Shown here: piece after piece, positions 50,422-60,245 of the stretch
How the letters are laid out: each line of letters starts with the position of its first letter
Position numbering within the stretch: the first letter of the stretch is position 1
Assembly (NCBI GenBank): GCA_963730275.1
Contig: CAVSRI010000031.1
Coordinates: forward strand, 323-64,322
DNA: 64,000 nucleotides
Source of the DNA: an uncultured delta proteobacterium
GTDB lineage: Bacteria > Desulfobacterota > Syntrophia > Syntrophales > Smithellaceae
Direction: 5' to 3'
Translations under genes and position numbers: made by a program
The notes under the pieces: generated by a model
Databases searched by the model: none
What the model saw: only the letters and a program-made list of their open reading frames with translations
Told to the model about the DNA's origin: nothing

Positions 50422-51714
50422 TCACAAATAAGCCCCTAAAATTCTATGATAATTTAAATCCCTAATTAAAATAATGCCAAATTTGTTGGTACGGCAGTGA
50501 CACCTGCCGTACCAATTAAATAAATTTAAAAAGTGTAGGTGAGCACCCATATCAAGGGAATACTGTGACATCTCCGTTTCATATGATCTTATGCCCTGTG
50601 CCGTATTAGAGCCGCTAATCTTTGCCGTTGGTGAATACATTCCGCCGATATTAATAGTGAACTGGTTGGTTAAATTAATGCCAATACCTGCGGTAAAGTG
50701 ATGCTCGGAAACAGCGGGGAAGGCAATATTTTCGAATGCTCGATTGCTATCGAGAGGCATTTTACCATAGTTATAACCGGCTCGCAATACCACCATTGGA
50801 TGAACTGTGTACTGAATACCTAGCTTATAGACAAACTGGTCGCTCCAATCCAGATTCCAAGGCATGGCCCCACTGGCGTTGGCCGTGTATTTGGGCAGGT
50901 TTTGCCCATTTGTTTCCGACCAGTTTATCCATTCAACGTCAAAGCCAATTACCAAATCTTTGATAGGTTTTACACCAATGCCTATTGTCGCCACTTCGGG
51001 TTGATCAAATTCTATTTTATCTACGCCGGCAGCAGTGTTAAAAGAAAAATCCTGAAAAAAGCTCTTCGTCTCATAAGCCAATCCAATCTGAAGAAAATCG
51101 ACCGGTTTCACCAACACTCCGATCGTGGCCCCATAACCAAAAGACGATGCCCCCATATGCGGTTGCTGTTTTAAAGCACTGGCGGCATTAAATTCCATGG
51201 TTGCATACATAATGTTGGCTGCGATCCCTACAGATATTATATCGTTAATTTTGTAAGAAAGCGCCGGCGCAAAACGCATCTGTGAATACGATGTATAGGT
51301 GGTGCTACCATAAAGATTTGAAGCATAATCAACACCCATACCGGCGACACCATATGCACCTATGCCAAATCTTAATTTTTCACCAAGAGGTATGATCAAG
51401 CCAAAAGCAGGAACAGGCGATCCTCCACGATCAGAATCAATTGTAGCCCCATTCGCCGCTCCAGTTGCTTTATAATCAACCGTAGGTTTAAAATATGAGG
51501 CGCCAAAATCTATCCGCCCCAGCAGAACACCCATGCCGGCTGGATTAGTCAATATTGATGCAGCATCCAGCGGAAGCCCCACGCTAACTCCACCCATGGA
51601 GTCTTGCACAGGACCAAAACCAATCATTCGCATACCGTTAGTAGCGTGAGCATTGGCCGTGATAAACAATACCGCAATGACTCCCAAAAAAGAAAATACA
51701 ATATTATTTTTCAT
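50422..51714 (-). CDS. fadL: Outer-membrane transport protein, OMPP1/FadL/TodX family
   Basis: Signal peptide followed by a beta-barrel pattern. The barrel ends ..YSLDMGAHLHF. The extra 35 codons read through the terminator hairpin, so the stop was probably lost by a T-run (50528-50532) length error. The true 3' end is probably near 50527. Confidence 0.85.
   Translation of the reverse strand: MKNNIVFSFLGVIAVLFITANAHATNGMRMIGFGPVQDSMGGVSVGLPLDAASILTNPAGMGVLLGRIDFGASYFKPTVDYKATGAANGATIDSDRGGSPVPAFGLIIPLGEKLRFGIGAYGVAGMGVDYASNLYGSTTYTSYSQMRFAPALSYKINDIISVGIAANIMYATMEFNAASALKQQPHMGASSFGYGATIGVLVKPVDFLQIGLAYETKSFFQDFSFNTAAGVDKIEFDQPEVATIGIGVKPIKDLVIGFDVEWINWSETNGQNLPKYTANASGAMPWNLDWSDQFVYKLGIQYTVHPMVVLRAGYNYGKMPLDSNRAFENIAFPAVSEHHFTAGIGINLTNQFTINIGGMYSPTAKISGSNTAQGIRSYETEMSQYSLDMGAHLHFLNLFNWYGRCHCRTNKFGIILIRDLNYHRILGAYL
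50486..50515 (-). terminator. Terminator hairpin after fadL
   Basis: ttggtacggcag / ctgccgtaccaa 12-bp perfect stem with a 6-nt loop. Confidence 0.6.
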
Positions 51715-51961
51715 AATTTCTCCTTATATTTATGGTTATTGGAAATATCTTTTCTCCCTTTGCCAAGTTACTCGAAAAATAATGTCATACCTCCTTTCTC
51801 CAATCTTTCTTCTTTAGTTTAAGATTCATCAATTTATGAATGGACAAAACACTGATGAGTTTCTTGATCCGATTCAGCGCCGGGGATAGAACGATTATGA
51901 ATTGTAGCAATTAATAAAAAGTTTATAGCCGCTGGGCATCTTGCCTACTTAATGTCTTATT

Positions 51962-52301
51962 TTAGGATTTCTTATTTGAGGCTTTAACCAGCTTGGAAAC
52001 CACCTTTTCTTTTTCCCGAAGCTGTTCCACTAAAACTTCTTTCATCAGGTTGCAGGCTTGAATTATTTTGGGATTGGCGATCCGGTAATATAATTGGACA
52101 CCTTCACGCCGCACCACAATGACACCTTTAGACTTTAAAACATTCATATGCTGAGTTATAGTCACCTTACTCAGAGCCGGTTTTTTGCATTAATTCGCTG
52201 TTAGACATTTCTTCATCCTTTAGTAAATTAATAATTTCCAGACGTTTATCATTGGCAAATATTTTACAGATATCAGCCTGAAGCTTCAGAATACTTTCCA
52301 T
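51962..52301 (-). CDS. ArsR/SmtB-family transcriptional regulator (frame break at run 52181-52186)
   Basis: My translation from ATG 52301 gives MESILKLQADICKIFANDKRLEIINLLKDEEMSNSELMQKTG. It continues in ORF 51962-52165 with LSKVTITQHMNVLKSKGVIVVRREGVQLYY. Confidence 0.75.
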
Positions 52302-52385
52302 TTTTCCTCCGTAAAAAGTCTAAATTCTTCGATATTATTAAAATATACTTCTGCTTTTCATATTCATACGATCGAAATTACATAT

Positions 52386-52417
52386 ATATACATATATATA
52401 TTATATAATATGTATAT
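52386..52417. promoter_or_regulatory. AT-only 10-12-10 inverted repeat upstream of arsR
   Basis: atatacatat-N12-atatgtatat, located 85-115 nt upstream of ATG 52301. Confidence 0.3.
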
Positions 52418-52803
52418 TTATATCTGTCAACATAAATATTCCAATATTAAGTATAGGAGTTTTCTAATCTAGAATGATTAGTACTTATTGATAAGGACTA
52501 CCGTTTACAAGATGGGAATATGTGAAAAGAGATCGTGTGTATCAAAAGAATTTTAACTGCAAAATATAAGGTGTAGTGCTGATGTTTGTCGTCGGGCGTG
52601 AATTGTGTTTATTACGGATTGAAATGTAGCATCAAGAATGGAAATTCAAAAAATAACATTAAGGAAGAAGTGCTGCCTACGCCTACAACTAAATGGAATC
52701 AGTGCGGTTAAAGTTTATCGATTATCAATGGAAACATGTGATAGACACTCTACGAATTCCATATCCAGTATAGTTTCGTCCAAGAATTCAGAACCATGCC
52801 TCG

Positions 52804-53628
52804 TTATCCCTTTTCAAACGGATTCAGGATCATCTTCCAAAAGCGGGCATACCGGACATCCAGGAAGCCTGTGAGACCAATTATCATCCTCTCGCGGCCT
52901 GCCGCAGGCTCTGCCTGATACGTACCAAAGAGCCGGTCCCACCAGGAGAGGTTGAAACCAAAATTGTGGTTGGACTCCTGCCGGAGAACGGAGTGGTGCA
53001 CGAGGTGCATGTCGGGGGTGACTATAATTCCGCGAAGACGATTGTCCAATCGTACGGGGATTATGAAGTTTCCATGGTTAAACATGGCCATGCCATTGAG
53101 AAAAATCTCGAAGACGAGGACGGCGACTGCGGGTGGCCCGAGGACACTCACCACGGACATTTTGATCAGTAGTGATATTACGATTTCCAACGGATGAAAG
53201 CGGAGTGCCGAGGTGAGATCAAGGTCCATATCCGTGTGGTGCATCCGGTGGATCCGCCAGAGAAAATGGATCCGATGAAACAGGACGTGTTGGATATAGA
53301 TGGCCAGATCAAGAACCAGAAGGCTTAAAAGAATGGCAGCCGTCGCCGGTAGTGGCACAATATTCAAGAGACCCCATCCTTTCTGCGTCCATATTACAGT
53401 CATGCCGACAGGGAGGATAGGGAAAATCAGGCGCGGCAAGACCATATTGACGAGTTGAACAGACAAATTTCCGAACCAGCGTAATGACTTTTTCACGATA
53501 AGCGGGCGTCTGGGAACGACGATTTCCGTGATGGCAACGATCATGAAGACGCCTAGGAAGCACATGATACGGATCGCAGTTTCATGTTGGAAAAAACTTA
53601 ATTGGGAACCTGTATTTGGGAAAATCAT
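52804..53628 (-). CDS. Fatty acid hydroxylase / sterol desaturase superfamily membrane protein
   Basis: His boxes HVLFH, HRMHH and HLVHH. Confidence 0.8.
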   Translation of the reverse strand: MIFPNTGSQLSFFQHETAIRIMCFLGVFMIVAITEIVVPRRPLIVKKSLRWFGNLSVQLVNMVLPRLIFPILPVGMTVIWTQKGWGLLNIVPLPATAAILLSLLVLDLAIYIQHVLFHRIHFLWRIHRMHHTDMDLDLTSALRFHPLEIVISLLIKMSVVSVLGPPAVAVLVFEIFLNGMAMFNHGNFIIPVRLDNRLRGIIVTPDMHLVHHSVLRQESNHNFGFNLSWWDRLFGTYQAEPAAGRERMIIGLTGFLDVRYARFWKMILNPFEKG

Positions 53629-53940
53629 TGGCGCCGTCTTATAAGCTGCTTGTATAAAGACATCGTTATATATGTTCTATGTTGTTATTCCCGCCCTTGA
53701 TCTACTTTTAACCCAAAACCCTGCACAAGCAGGGAGGATGATACAGCGAACCGCTGGCAATGACCCTTGCCATGACGTCGTAATTTTTGTCAAGACACCT
53801 GGCGGCCACTTCTCTTACCTTAAGTAATGTATTATTCTTATCATAATTATCGAGGAAATAATATTAATGATAACGAATTGAAGTCCTGCATTTTTGTCGA
53901 GGTTGACGATTTGCGTATAACAGGAAGAACTATGTAAACC

Positions 53941-54015
53941 ACTATTTTTAAGAAAATATACGATCTCTTAAAAATACCCTTTCTTTAAAAAATATTAGTC
54001 CATAACAGCTACAAG
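53941..54015 (-). repeat. Palindromic module B, inverted second copy
   Basis: The reverse complement cttgtagctgttatggactaatattttttaaagaaagggtatttttaagagatcgtatattttcttaaaa aligns with 38458-38530. Confidence 0.5.
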
Positions 54016-54190
54016 AATTTAATTAAACAATTTAAGGGTAACATATTTACTCTTGATAATTGGCCATCCAAAAATCGTAATGCGTGAAACGTTAAGCGTG
54101 AAGCGCAAATAATGAAGCATCATTCATATCTCGTGAAGCCGAAGCCCAGCGTATACCGGGGGAAGGTCACCTCTTGTGAAGCGTATACTT

Positions 54191-55831
54191 TTACCACGGA
54201 TCAATAAAAGAGTGATCTGCCTCATGAGGTCGCTGAGCAGAAACAGAATTCAAACCTTGCATAATCCATTTGCGGGTATCGGCCGGATCAATGACCGCGT
54301 CGATTTCCAGGTAGGCGGCCATATTGATGGCTTTGCCTCTTTCATACAGTTGGGCAACCAGTTGCTCGTAGAGCGCTTCGCGCTCCTTCGGGTCTTTTAT
54401 TGCTTCAAGCTCTTTTTTAAAACCAGCCTTAACCGCGCCTTCCAACCCCATGCCTCCGAATTCCCCGGTCGGCCAGGCGGCGGTAAAAAAAGATTCATGA
54501 AAGCCGCCTTTGGCCATAGCCATTGCTCCGAGGCCGTAACCTCGGCGTAAAACAATCGTAAAGTAAGGCACGGTTAAATGCGCGCCTATGACAAACATCC
54601 GGCAGACATGGCGCACCTGCGCGCGCTTTTCGATTTCTGGCCCGACCATGAAGCCCGGAGTATCGCACAAAGAAAGAATCGGCAGATGATGCGCTTGGCA
54701 AATCTGCATCAGCCGCGCCACTTTGTCCGCACCTTCCGCTTCAATGGCTCCGGCCATGTGCATGCAGTTATTGGCGATAACGCCGAAAGGTCGGCCTTCG
54801 ATTCGGAGAAAGCCGGTAACCATGCTCGGGCCGAATTTCGGTCTCAGCTCCAGAAAGGAATCCGTATCGGCCAGTGCCTTAATGACTACGCGCACGTCAT
54901 AAGCGCGCCGCCTGTTTTCCGGAATCAAACGGCGTAGGTGCAGTTGATCGGCGGCCTCCCACTTGGAAATTGTTCCCTGAAAATAAGAAAGATATTTTTT
55001 GGTGACAGCCACCATTTCTACATCATCAGCCACTTCAATATCGACAACGCCGTTTTGCGTCTGCACATCAATCGGGCCGACCTCTTCCGGTTTGAAAACA
55101 CCAAGGCCGCCGCCTTCAATCATCACCGGGCCGCCCATACCGATATTGGAATTGCTGGTGGCGATAATCACATCGCAGCAGCCCAGGAGCGCCGCGTTCC
55201 CCGCGAAACATGGTCCCGATACCACGCCGACCACCGGCACCTTGCCGCTGAGCCGGGCGAAAGAGGCAAAGGTAGATAAATCCAGCCCTGCTACCATAAC
55301 GCCTCCGGCGTCAACGTCGCCTGGCCTGCCGCCACCACCTTCCGCGAACAAAACCAGAGGCAAGCTCTGTTCATGCGCGAGATTAAGCATTCGATCCATT
55401 TTTTTGTGATTGAAAAAGCCCTGTGTGCCGGCCAGAACGCTATAATCGTAAGCCATAACCATGCAGCGGGCTTTGTCCTCAGAAAATAGCGAGCCGTTGA
55501 CCGCTCCGATGCCCGCGATCAGGCCGTCGCCGGGAGTTTTGCTGATGAGATCATCTATTGAACGGCGACCGCGCTGCGCGGCGATGGTCAGAGCTCCGTA
55601 TTCGAGAAAACTGCCGTTATCGCAAAGATCCTCCACATTGGCGCGGGCCATGCGTTGATTTTTCTGCTTTCTTTTGGCCACTGCGTTGGGACGATTGGCA
55701 TCAAGGCCGAAAGAATGTCTTTTGATCACCTCGGCCAGGTCAGAGCGTACGGGATTGTTATCGGTTTCTTTGCTCAAGGGCGGGGTGGTTTTTCCTTTTT
55801 CCGTATCTTCTTTGTCTTTAGTTGTTTTCAT
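54191..55831 (-). CDS. Acyl-CoA carboxylase carboxyltransferase (beta) subunit
   Basis: Two crotonase-like CT domains (GGGRPGD..., PILSLCDTPGFMVG). Confidence 0.9.
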   Translation of the reverse strand: MKTTKDKEDTEKGKTTPPLSKETDNNPVRSDLAEVIKRHSFGLDANRPNAVAKRKQKNQRMARANVEDLCDNGSFLEYGALTIAAQRGRRSIDDLISKTPGDGLIAGIGAVNGSLFSEDKARCMVMAYDYSVLAGTQGFFNHKKMDRMLNLAHEQSLPLVLFAEGGGGRPGDVDAGGVMVAGLDLSTFASFARLSGKVPVVGVVSGPCFAGNAALLGCCDVIIATSNSNIGMGGPVMIEGGGLGVFKPEEVGPIDVQTQNGVVDIEVADDVEMVAVTKKYLSYFQGTISKWEAADQLHLRRLIPENRRRAYDVRVVIKALADTDSFLELRPKFGPSMVTGFLRIEGRPFGVIANNCMHMAGAIEAEGADKVARLMQICQAHHLPILSLCDTPGFMVGPEIEKRAQVRHVCRMFVIGAHLTVPYFTIVLRRGYGLGAMAMAKGGFHESFFTAAWPTGEFGGMGLEGAVKAGFKKELEAIKDPKEREALYEQLVAQLYERGKAINMAAYLEIDAVIDPADTRKWIMQGLNSVSAQRPHEADHSFIDPW

Positions 55832-56055
55832 GTGTGCAAGCTCCCTTATCTGATGCTGATTGCGCTGATGATAAATTCATACAATAATCATCTGCGTATA
55901 TCAAGTAATCCGTTAGTATCTGCGAGAAAACATGAATATAACTTAAAAAAATCCGCTTTAAATTTACGGGCTGTTCAAATTTGGAAATATCGCAACTTAT
56001 TTGCGAAAATTGTGTATAATTAGATTATCAATTAATAAGATGAGATAGTGTATTT

Positions 56056-56697
56056 ATGTTTGCTTTTGATATCCATGTCCATACACGCAGATATTCCGAT
56101 TGTTCTTTCATCGGCCCCGAAGATCTGATTCATCAGGCAGTGGAAATGCGTCTTGACGGCATAGCCATTACCGAACATGGCATGCGCTGGCCGGATGAAG
56201 AATTCGCTAAGCTTCAAAAATTGGCCAATTCTCAAGGCATCGTTTTAATCAATGGGCAGGAGATATATACTCAAAACGCCAAAAATGAGATGGAGGGAGA
56301 TTTTTTGGTGTTCGGTATAAAACAAAGTTTAACCGGCCGTTATTCGGCGCAGGAGCTTAGCGAAATGGTTCATAAAGAGGGAGGTATTCTCATTGCGGCG
56401 CATCCCTACAAATTATCACGCGGGGGAAAATCCCACTATTATGGCGCCGGTGATCGCATTTACAAATTGCCGATTGACGCCGTCGAACTTTATCATCCCG
56501 ATCATACCGATCTGGCTGTAAGTAAAGTCCACAAGGCGATGAGTAAGCTCGGGATACCCGGAACCGGCGGCAGTGACGCTCATAAAATTTTCAAGGTAGG
56601 TTCATGCGTAACCATTTTTGAAAATAAAATTCTTGATGAAAAAGATTTTATTCGGGAAATACGGGAGGGGAGAGTTAAAGCGGAAAAAAAGTTTTAG
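56056..56697 (+). CDS. PHP-domain metal-dependent phosphoesterase
   Basis: FDIHVHTRRYSDCS, GIAITEHG, AAHP and GGSDAH. Confidence 0.8.
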   Translation: MFAFDIHVHTRRYSDCSFIGPEDLIHQAVEMRLDGIAITEHGMRWPDEEFAKLQKLANSQGIVLINGQEIYTQNAKNEMEGDFLVFGIKQSLTGRYSAQELSEMVHKEGGILIAAHPYKLSRGGKSHYYGAGDRIYKLPIDAVELYHPDHTDLAVSKVHKAMSKLGIPGTGGSDAHKIFKVGSCVTIFENKILDEKDFIREIREGRVKAEKKF

Positions 56698-56915
56698 CTT
56701 TCCTCGCATCTTCGCTGTTTTGCAGGTTGCAAGCCTTGCCGCCCAATGATACTTCTCTTTTTTCCAGAACTTCGGCGGCGGTTGTAAGCAGCAGGCTGGG
56801 TGGGCATCGAACTGTCGGCGACTAACCACTCGAAATCCGACGCATCTACACTGCTGGCTGCCAAAGCCTCGGCCACTGTGCTCCGAATGGAATGTGAGGC
56901 AGGAGAACGAAAAAT
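56694..56915 (-). pseudogene. Degraded C-terminal fragment of a tyrosine recombinase/integrase
   Basis: My translation gives SPASHSIRSTVAEALAASSVDASDFEWLVADSSMPTQPAAYN. It follows the HxxR...(LLGH)...Y pattern of integrase C-termini, but the second His is lost and there is no N-terminal body. Confidence 0.35.
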
Positions 56916-56986
56916 TTAACCCGCCTTTTAGGCACGCTCGAAAGAATAATTTCCTTAATTTTCCCGTCCTATTGCTTTAGCGTTCT

Positions 56987-57091
56987 TTAGATAACCTTGA
57001 AGTAAAGCAACAATGCGTAAATGATGATGACAGCAACCAACACTGCTAATAAGACAAAATTGAACTTGCGTTTTTCTTTCACTATGGCCAT
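56987..57091 (-). CDS. Small (34 aa) single-TM protein
   Basis: Not in the ORF track because it is under 60 aa. Sequence MAIVKEKRKFNFVLLAVLVAVIIIYALLLYFKVI, with a strong RBS gggagg 6 nt upstream. Confidence 0.35.
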   Translation of the reverse strand: MAIVKEKRKFNFVLLAVLVAVIIIYALLLYFKVI

Positions 57092-57312
57092 CGTTTGCCT
57101 CCCGCGTTGTTAATGTTACTATAATCCTTTCCTCATCGAGACAGCCAGTTACCATATCTCTTCTGGCCTACCCATACCGTTGATAATCGTTACTCACCCG
57201 CTACGCCATTATTTTTATATTTAATAAAACATTACTTCCTTATGGAAGTAAGTATAAAAAATCCGGGTTTGAATGTCAAGGCAATACTTATTTCCTGCAT
57301 CGTTTAGCTTCA

Positions 57313-58995
57313 CTATTTTTTCTGTTTTGCTTGTGCTTTCGCCTTTGCTTCCTCTTCCTCCCTCAAAACCTTACGCAAAATTTTCCCGACGGCGGACTTG
57401 GGAATCGAATCACGGAATTCAACCAGTTTGGGCACCTTATAGGGCGCCAGCTTCTCCTTGCAGAATTTGATGATTTCCTCTTCCGTGCACTTTTGGCCGG
57501 GTTTTAGAACGACAAAGGCCTTAACTGTTTCTCCCCGGTATTGGTCTTTAACGCCCAGTGCCACAGCTTCGGCGACTTTGGGATGTTGAAAGAGCACTTC
57601 ATCAATATCGCGCGGATAAATGTTGAATCCGCCGGCGATAATCATATCTTTCTTGCGATCAACGATAAAAATATAACCATCTTCATCTTTTATAGCAATG
57701 TCGCCAGTGTAGAGCCAGCCATCTCTCAGTTGTCCTTTCGTTTCCTCTGGATTGTTCCAGTATCCCTGCATGACCAGCGGGCCCTTCATGATGATTTCGC
57801 CCGGCTGACCGTCCGGAACATCCGTCTGTCCGTTTTCGACATCTACCAGCCGAACGTCGTTATCCGGGAAGGGAATGCCGATGCTGCCGACTTTTTTCAA
57901 ACCTAGAACGGGGTTAGATATACCCAGGGATGTGGATTCGGAAAGACCATAGCCCTCGGAGAAATAGATTCCCATGTCTTTGACCTGCTCGATGAGTTCC
58001 ACGGGCATCGGGGCTCCGCCCGAGTTTAACATGCCTAATTTCTTGCCCAGAATCAGTTCCGCCGCTTTGGGATGACTGATCAAGGCGGTGATCAACGTGG
58101 GAACCGTCGGGAAAAAAGTGATTCTGTCGAATTTGGAGAGAAGTTCGATCATCTCGTCGATATTGAAGCGGGGAACCTGGATTTGCGTGGCGCAATTGAA
58201 TAGTGCCCAGTTCATCACGACGATGTTACCGTAGACATGGAAGTAAGGCAGTATGGCCATGACGTTGCGCTTTTCGTAAGGTGTGAGAGAGGTGGTGGCG
58301 TTTCCCCACAAAGAACATTCGAAGGTAGCTGCCACAATGTTGGCATGAGTGAGAACCGCACCTTTCGGGATACCGGTTGTGCCGCCCGTGAACTGAAGCA
58401 TGGCCGGATCATCGGGACTGACCTGGACTTTGGGACGTTTGGGGTTTGGATGCTGCGCAATAAGTTCGGCAAAATGGTGCCAGCCCGCCTCCAGATCGAG
58501 GCTTTTGGTAGAACTCAGGGGAAACCCCTTGATGTAGTCTGTTACGGCGGTCACGATGACCCTGGGTATCCGGATATCTTTACATAACGTGCGGATTGCC
58601 GGAAGGGCCATGTCAAAGGTAATCAACGTTGTCAGTCCCGAGATAGTCGCCATCAGCTTCAGCTCATCAGGCGTATACAACGGGTTGAGGTTAACGACGA
58701 TTCCCCCGATGTATAGTACTGCAAAATAAGCGATCATATATTGAGGGCAATTAGGCAGCTGCACGCCCACCCGGTCTCCCTTACGGATACCGAGGCCGGC
58801 CAGGGCATTGGCAAAGCGCGTGCACTCCTGGCGCAGTTCGTGAAAAGTCATCTCGCTGCCGAAAAAAGTCAGGGCAGCCTTGTCCGGGTAAGATCCGGTG
58901 GGAATATCCAGCAGTTCATGGGCCGCTAGGCGCGGATAACGGATGGTTGTGGGAACGTTGTAATCGTAGTGACGATGCCATGGTTTTGCTTCCAT
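57313..58995 (-). CDS. Long-chain fatty acid-CoA ligase (AMP-binding)
   Basis: FTGGTTGIPKGA and GWLYTGDIAIKDEDGYIFIVDRKKD. Confidence 0.9.
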   Translation of the reverse strand: MEAKPWHRHYDYNVPTTIRYPRLAAHELLDIPTGSYPDKAALTFFGSEMTFHELRQECTRFANALAGLGIRKGDRVGVQLPNCPQYMIAYFAVLYIGGIVVNLNPLYTPDELKLMATISGLTTLITFDMALPAIRTLCKDIRIPRVIVTAVTDYIKGFPLSSTKSLDLEAGWHHFAELIAQHPNPKRPKVQVSPDDPAMLQFTGGTTGIPKGAVLTHANIVAATFECSLWGNATTSLTPYEKRNVMAILPYFHVYGNIVVMNWALFNCATQIQVPRFNIDEMIELLSKFDRITFFPTVPTLITALISHPKAAELILGKKLGMLNSGGAPMPVELIEQVKDMGIYFSEGYGLSESTSLGISNPVLGLKKVGSIGIPFPDNDVRLVDVENGQTDVPDGQPGEIIMKGPLVMQGYWNNPEETKGQLRDGWLYTGDIAIKDEDGYIFIVDRKKDMIIAGGFNIYPRDIDEVLFQHPKVAEAVALGVKDQYRGETVKAFVVLKPGQKCTEEEIIKFCKEKLAPYKVPKLVEFRDSIPKSAVGKILRKVLREEEEAKAKAQAKQKK

Positions 58996-59426
58996 AATTC
59001 TTGCCTCCTAAATTAAGTGGACTTGAACTTTTCTGAAAAGGACTTTTGGGCTTCAATTATACATATGGAAAGGTACCTTACCCTTGTAAGTAACCTCCTA
59101 TATCGAAACTATATTCTGTGTTAAAATAACTGTCAATTATTAATTGTATTTTATCAAAAATACCATTTTATTGTAAAATACCAATATTACACGGCGATAA
59201 GCAGGGCTCTCTGGAATGGGCGAGAGCGGAATGTGAACGCTATCATTGTCCCTCCTGCGAGGGATCTCTTTACAGAAATGCGCAAAATTGCAGAGCTTGT
59301 AAAAAATCAGTAGCTGATGAATTGGATGGCGTTATTTGATTTTTTTTGTTAAAAAGATTTAGCCGATATTGAAGCTATTGGTCGAAAAGATTAAAAATAG
59401 TGTCCAATTCCAATGATGAATAATTT

Positions 59427-60158
59427 ATGAGCCTGAATAAAAAAATCCGGAAATTTACCCAAAAATTCGACGTCAATTATTTCGGAATCAGCGATCTTTC
59501 GCTGGCTAAAGATTTTATAATCGATCAGGGCGGAAAAATTCTGTCGGATTTCCAATATTGCATATCAATCGGCTTGAAACTTCCGGATGCCATTATCGAT
59601 CAACTGCCGCTACGCGCAAACAAAGCTGTCGCGGTTAATTACAGGTTCCATGCCTACAAAATAATTAATGATAGATTGGATTATAACACCTCTATGATAA
59701 GCAGTTTTATTCAGGAGCTGGGTTATAATGTGATGCCGATTCCCGCCGCGGAAAGATGTGATGATGAACGCATTTGCGCCGTTTTTTCTCATAAGCTGGG
59801 AGCGCATCTATCCGGCCTTGACTGGATAGGGAAAAGTTGTCTGCTAATTACACCTGATAACGGTCCGCGTGTTCGCTGATCATCTATTCTAACCAACGTT
59901 CCGTTTCAATCAACCGGAAAGCCCATGGACGAAAAATGCGGCAATTGTCTCGACTGCGTAAAAATTTGTCCCGTAAAATCGTTTACGGGAAGAAATTTTG
60001 ATCCGAATGAACCCCGGGAAATGCGATATAACGCTCAACTGTGCAATGATTATTTTGTGGCAATGACGAAAAAAGGACAACTGCCTGTGTGCGGCATGTG
60101 TTTATACGTACGTCCTTATGGGAAAAAGAAGACCGGAAACAATGTTTTCAAAAAATGA
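59427..60158 (+). CDS. Epoxyqueuosine-reductase-like / 4Fe-4S protein interrupted by an in-frame TGA (59877-59879)
   Basis: ORFs 59427-59879 and 59925-60158 are in the same frame (498 nt apart) with one TGA between them. The joined sequence reads ..LLITPDNGPRVR-x-SSILTNVPF...CGNCLDCVKICP...CGMC. Confidence 0.6.
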
Positions 60159-60245
60159 CTAGAAAAGATATTGGGATCATCAAGAGTATAAATATATAAT
60201 TTACCCTACTTCTTTATAAAAGGCCACGCCCGCGTGCTGTAAATT

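Noticed and set aside
53740-53790. ctggcaatgacccttgcc resembles a sigma-54 element.
   Set aside because: The spacing is N6 rather than N5, the -24 element is TGGCAA, and it is on the plus strand where no gene follows. It also forms a simple hairpin (atggcaa/ttgccat).
59190-59339. An open frame ending ..LEWARAECERYHCPSCEGSLYRNAQNCRACKKSVADELDGVI, a zinc-ribbon-like C-terminus.
   Set aside because: It has no start codon or RBS and covers only about 45 codons. It is probably a gene remnant, so it is mentioned under the integrase-scar finding but not annotated.
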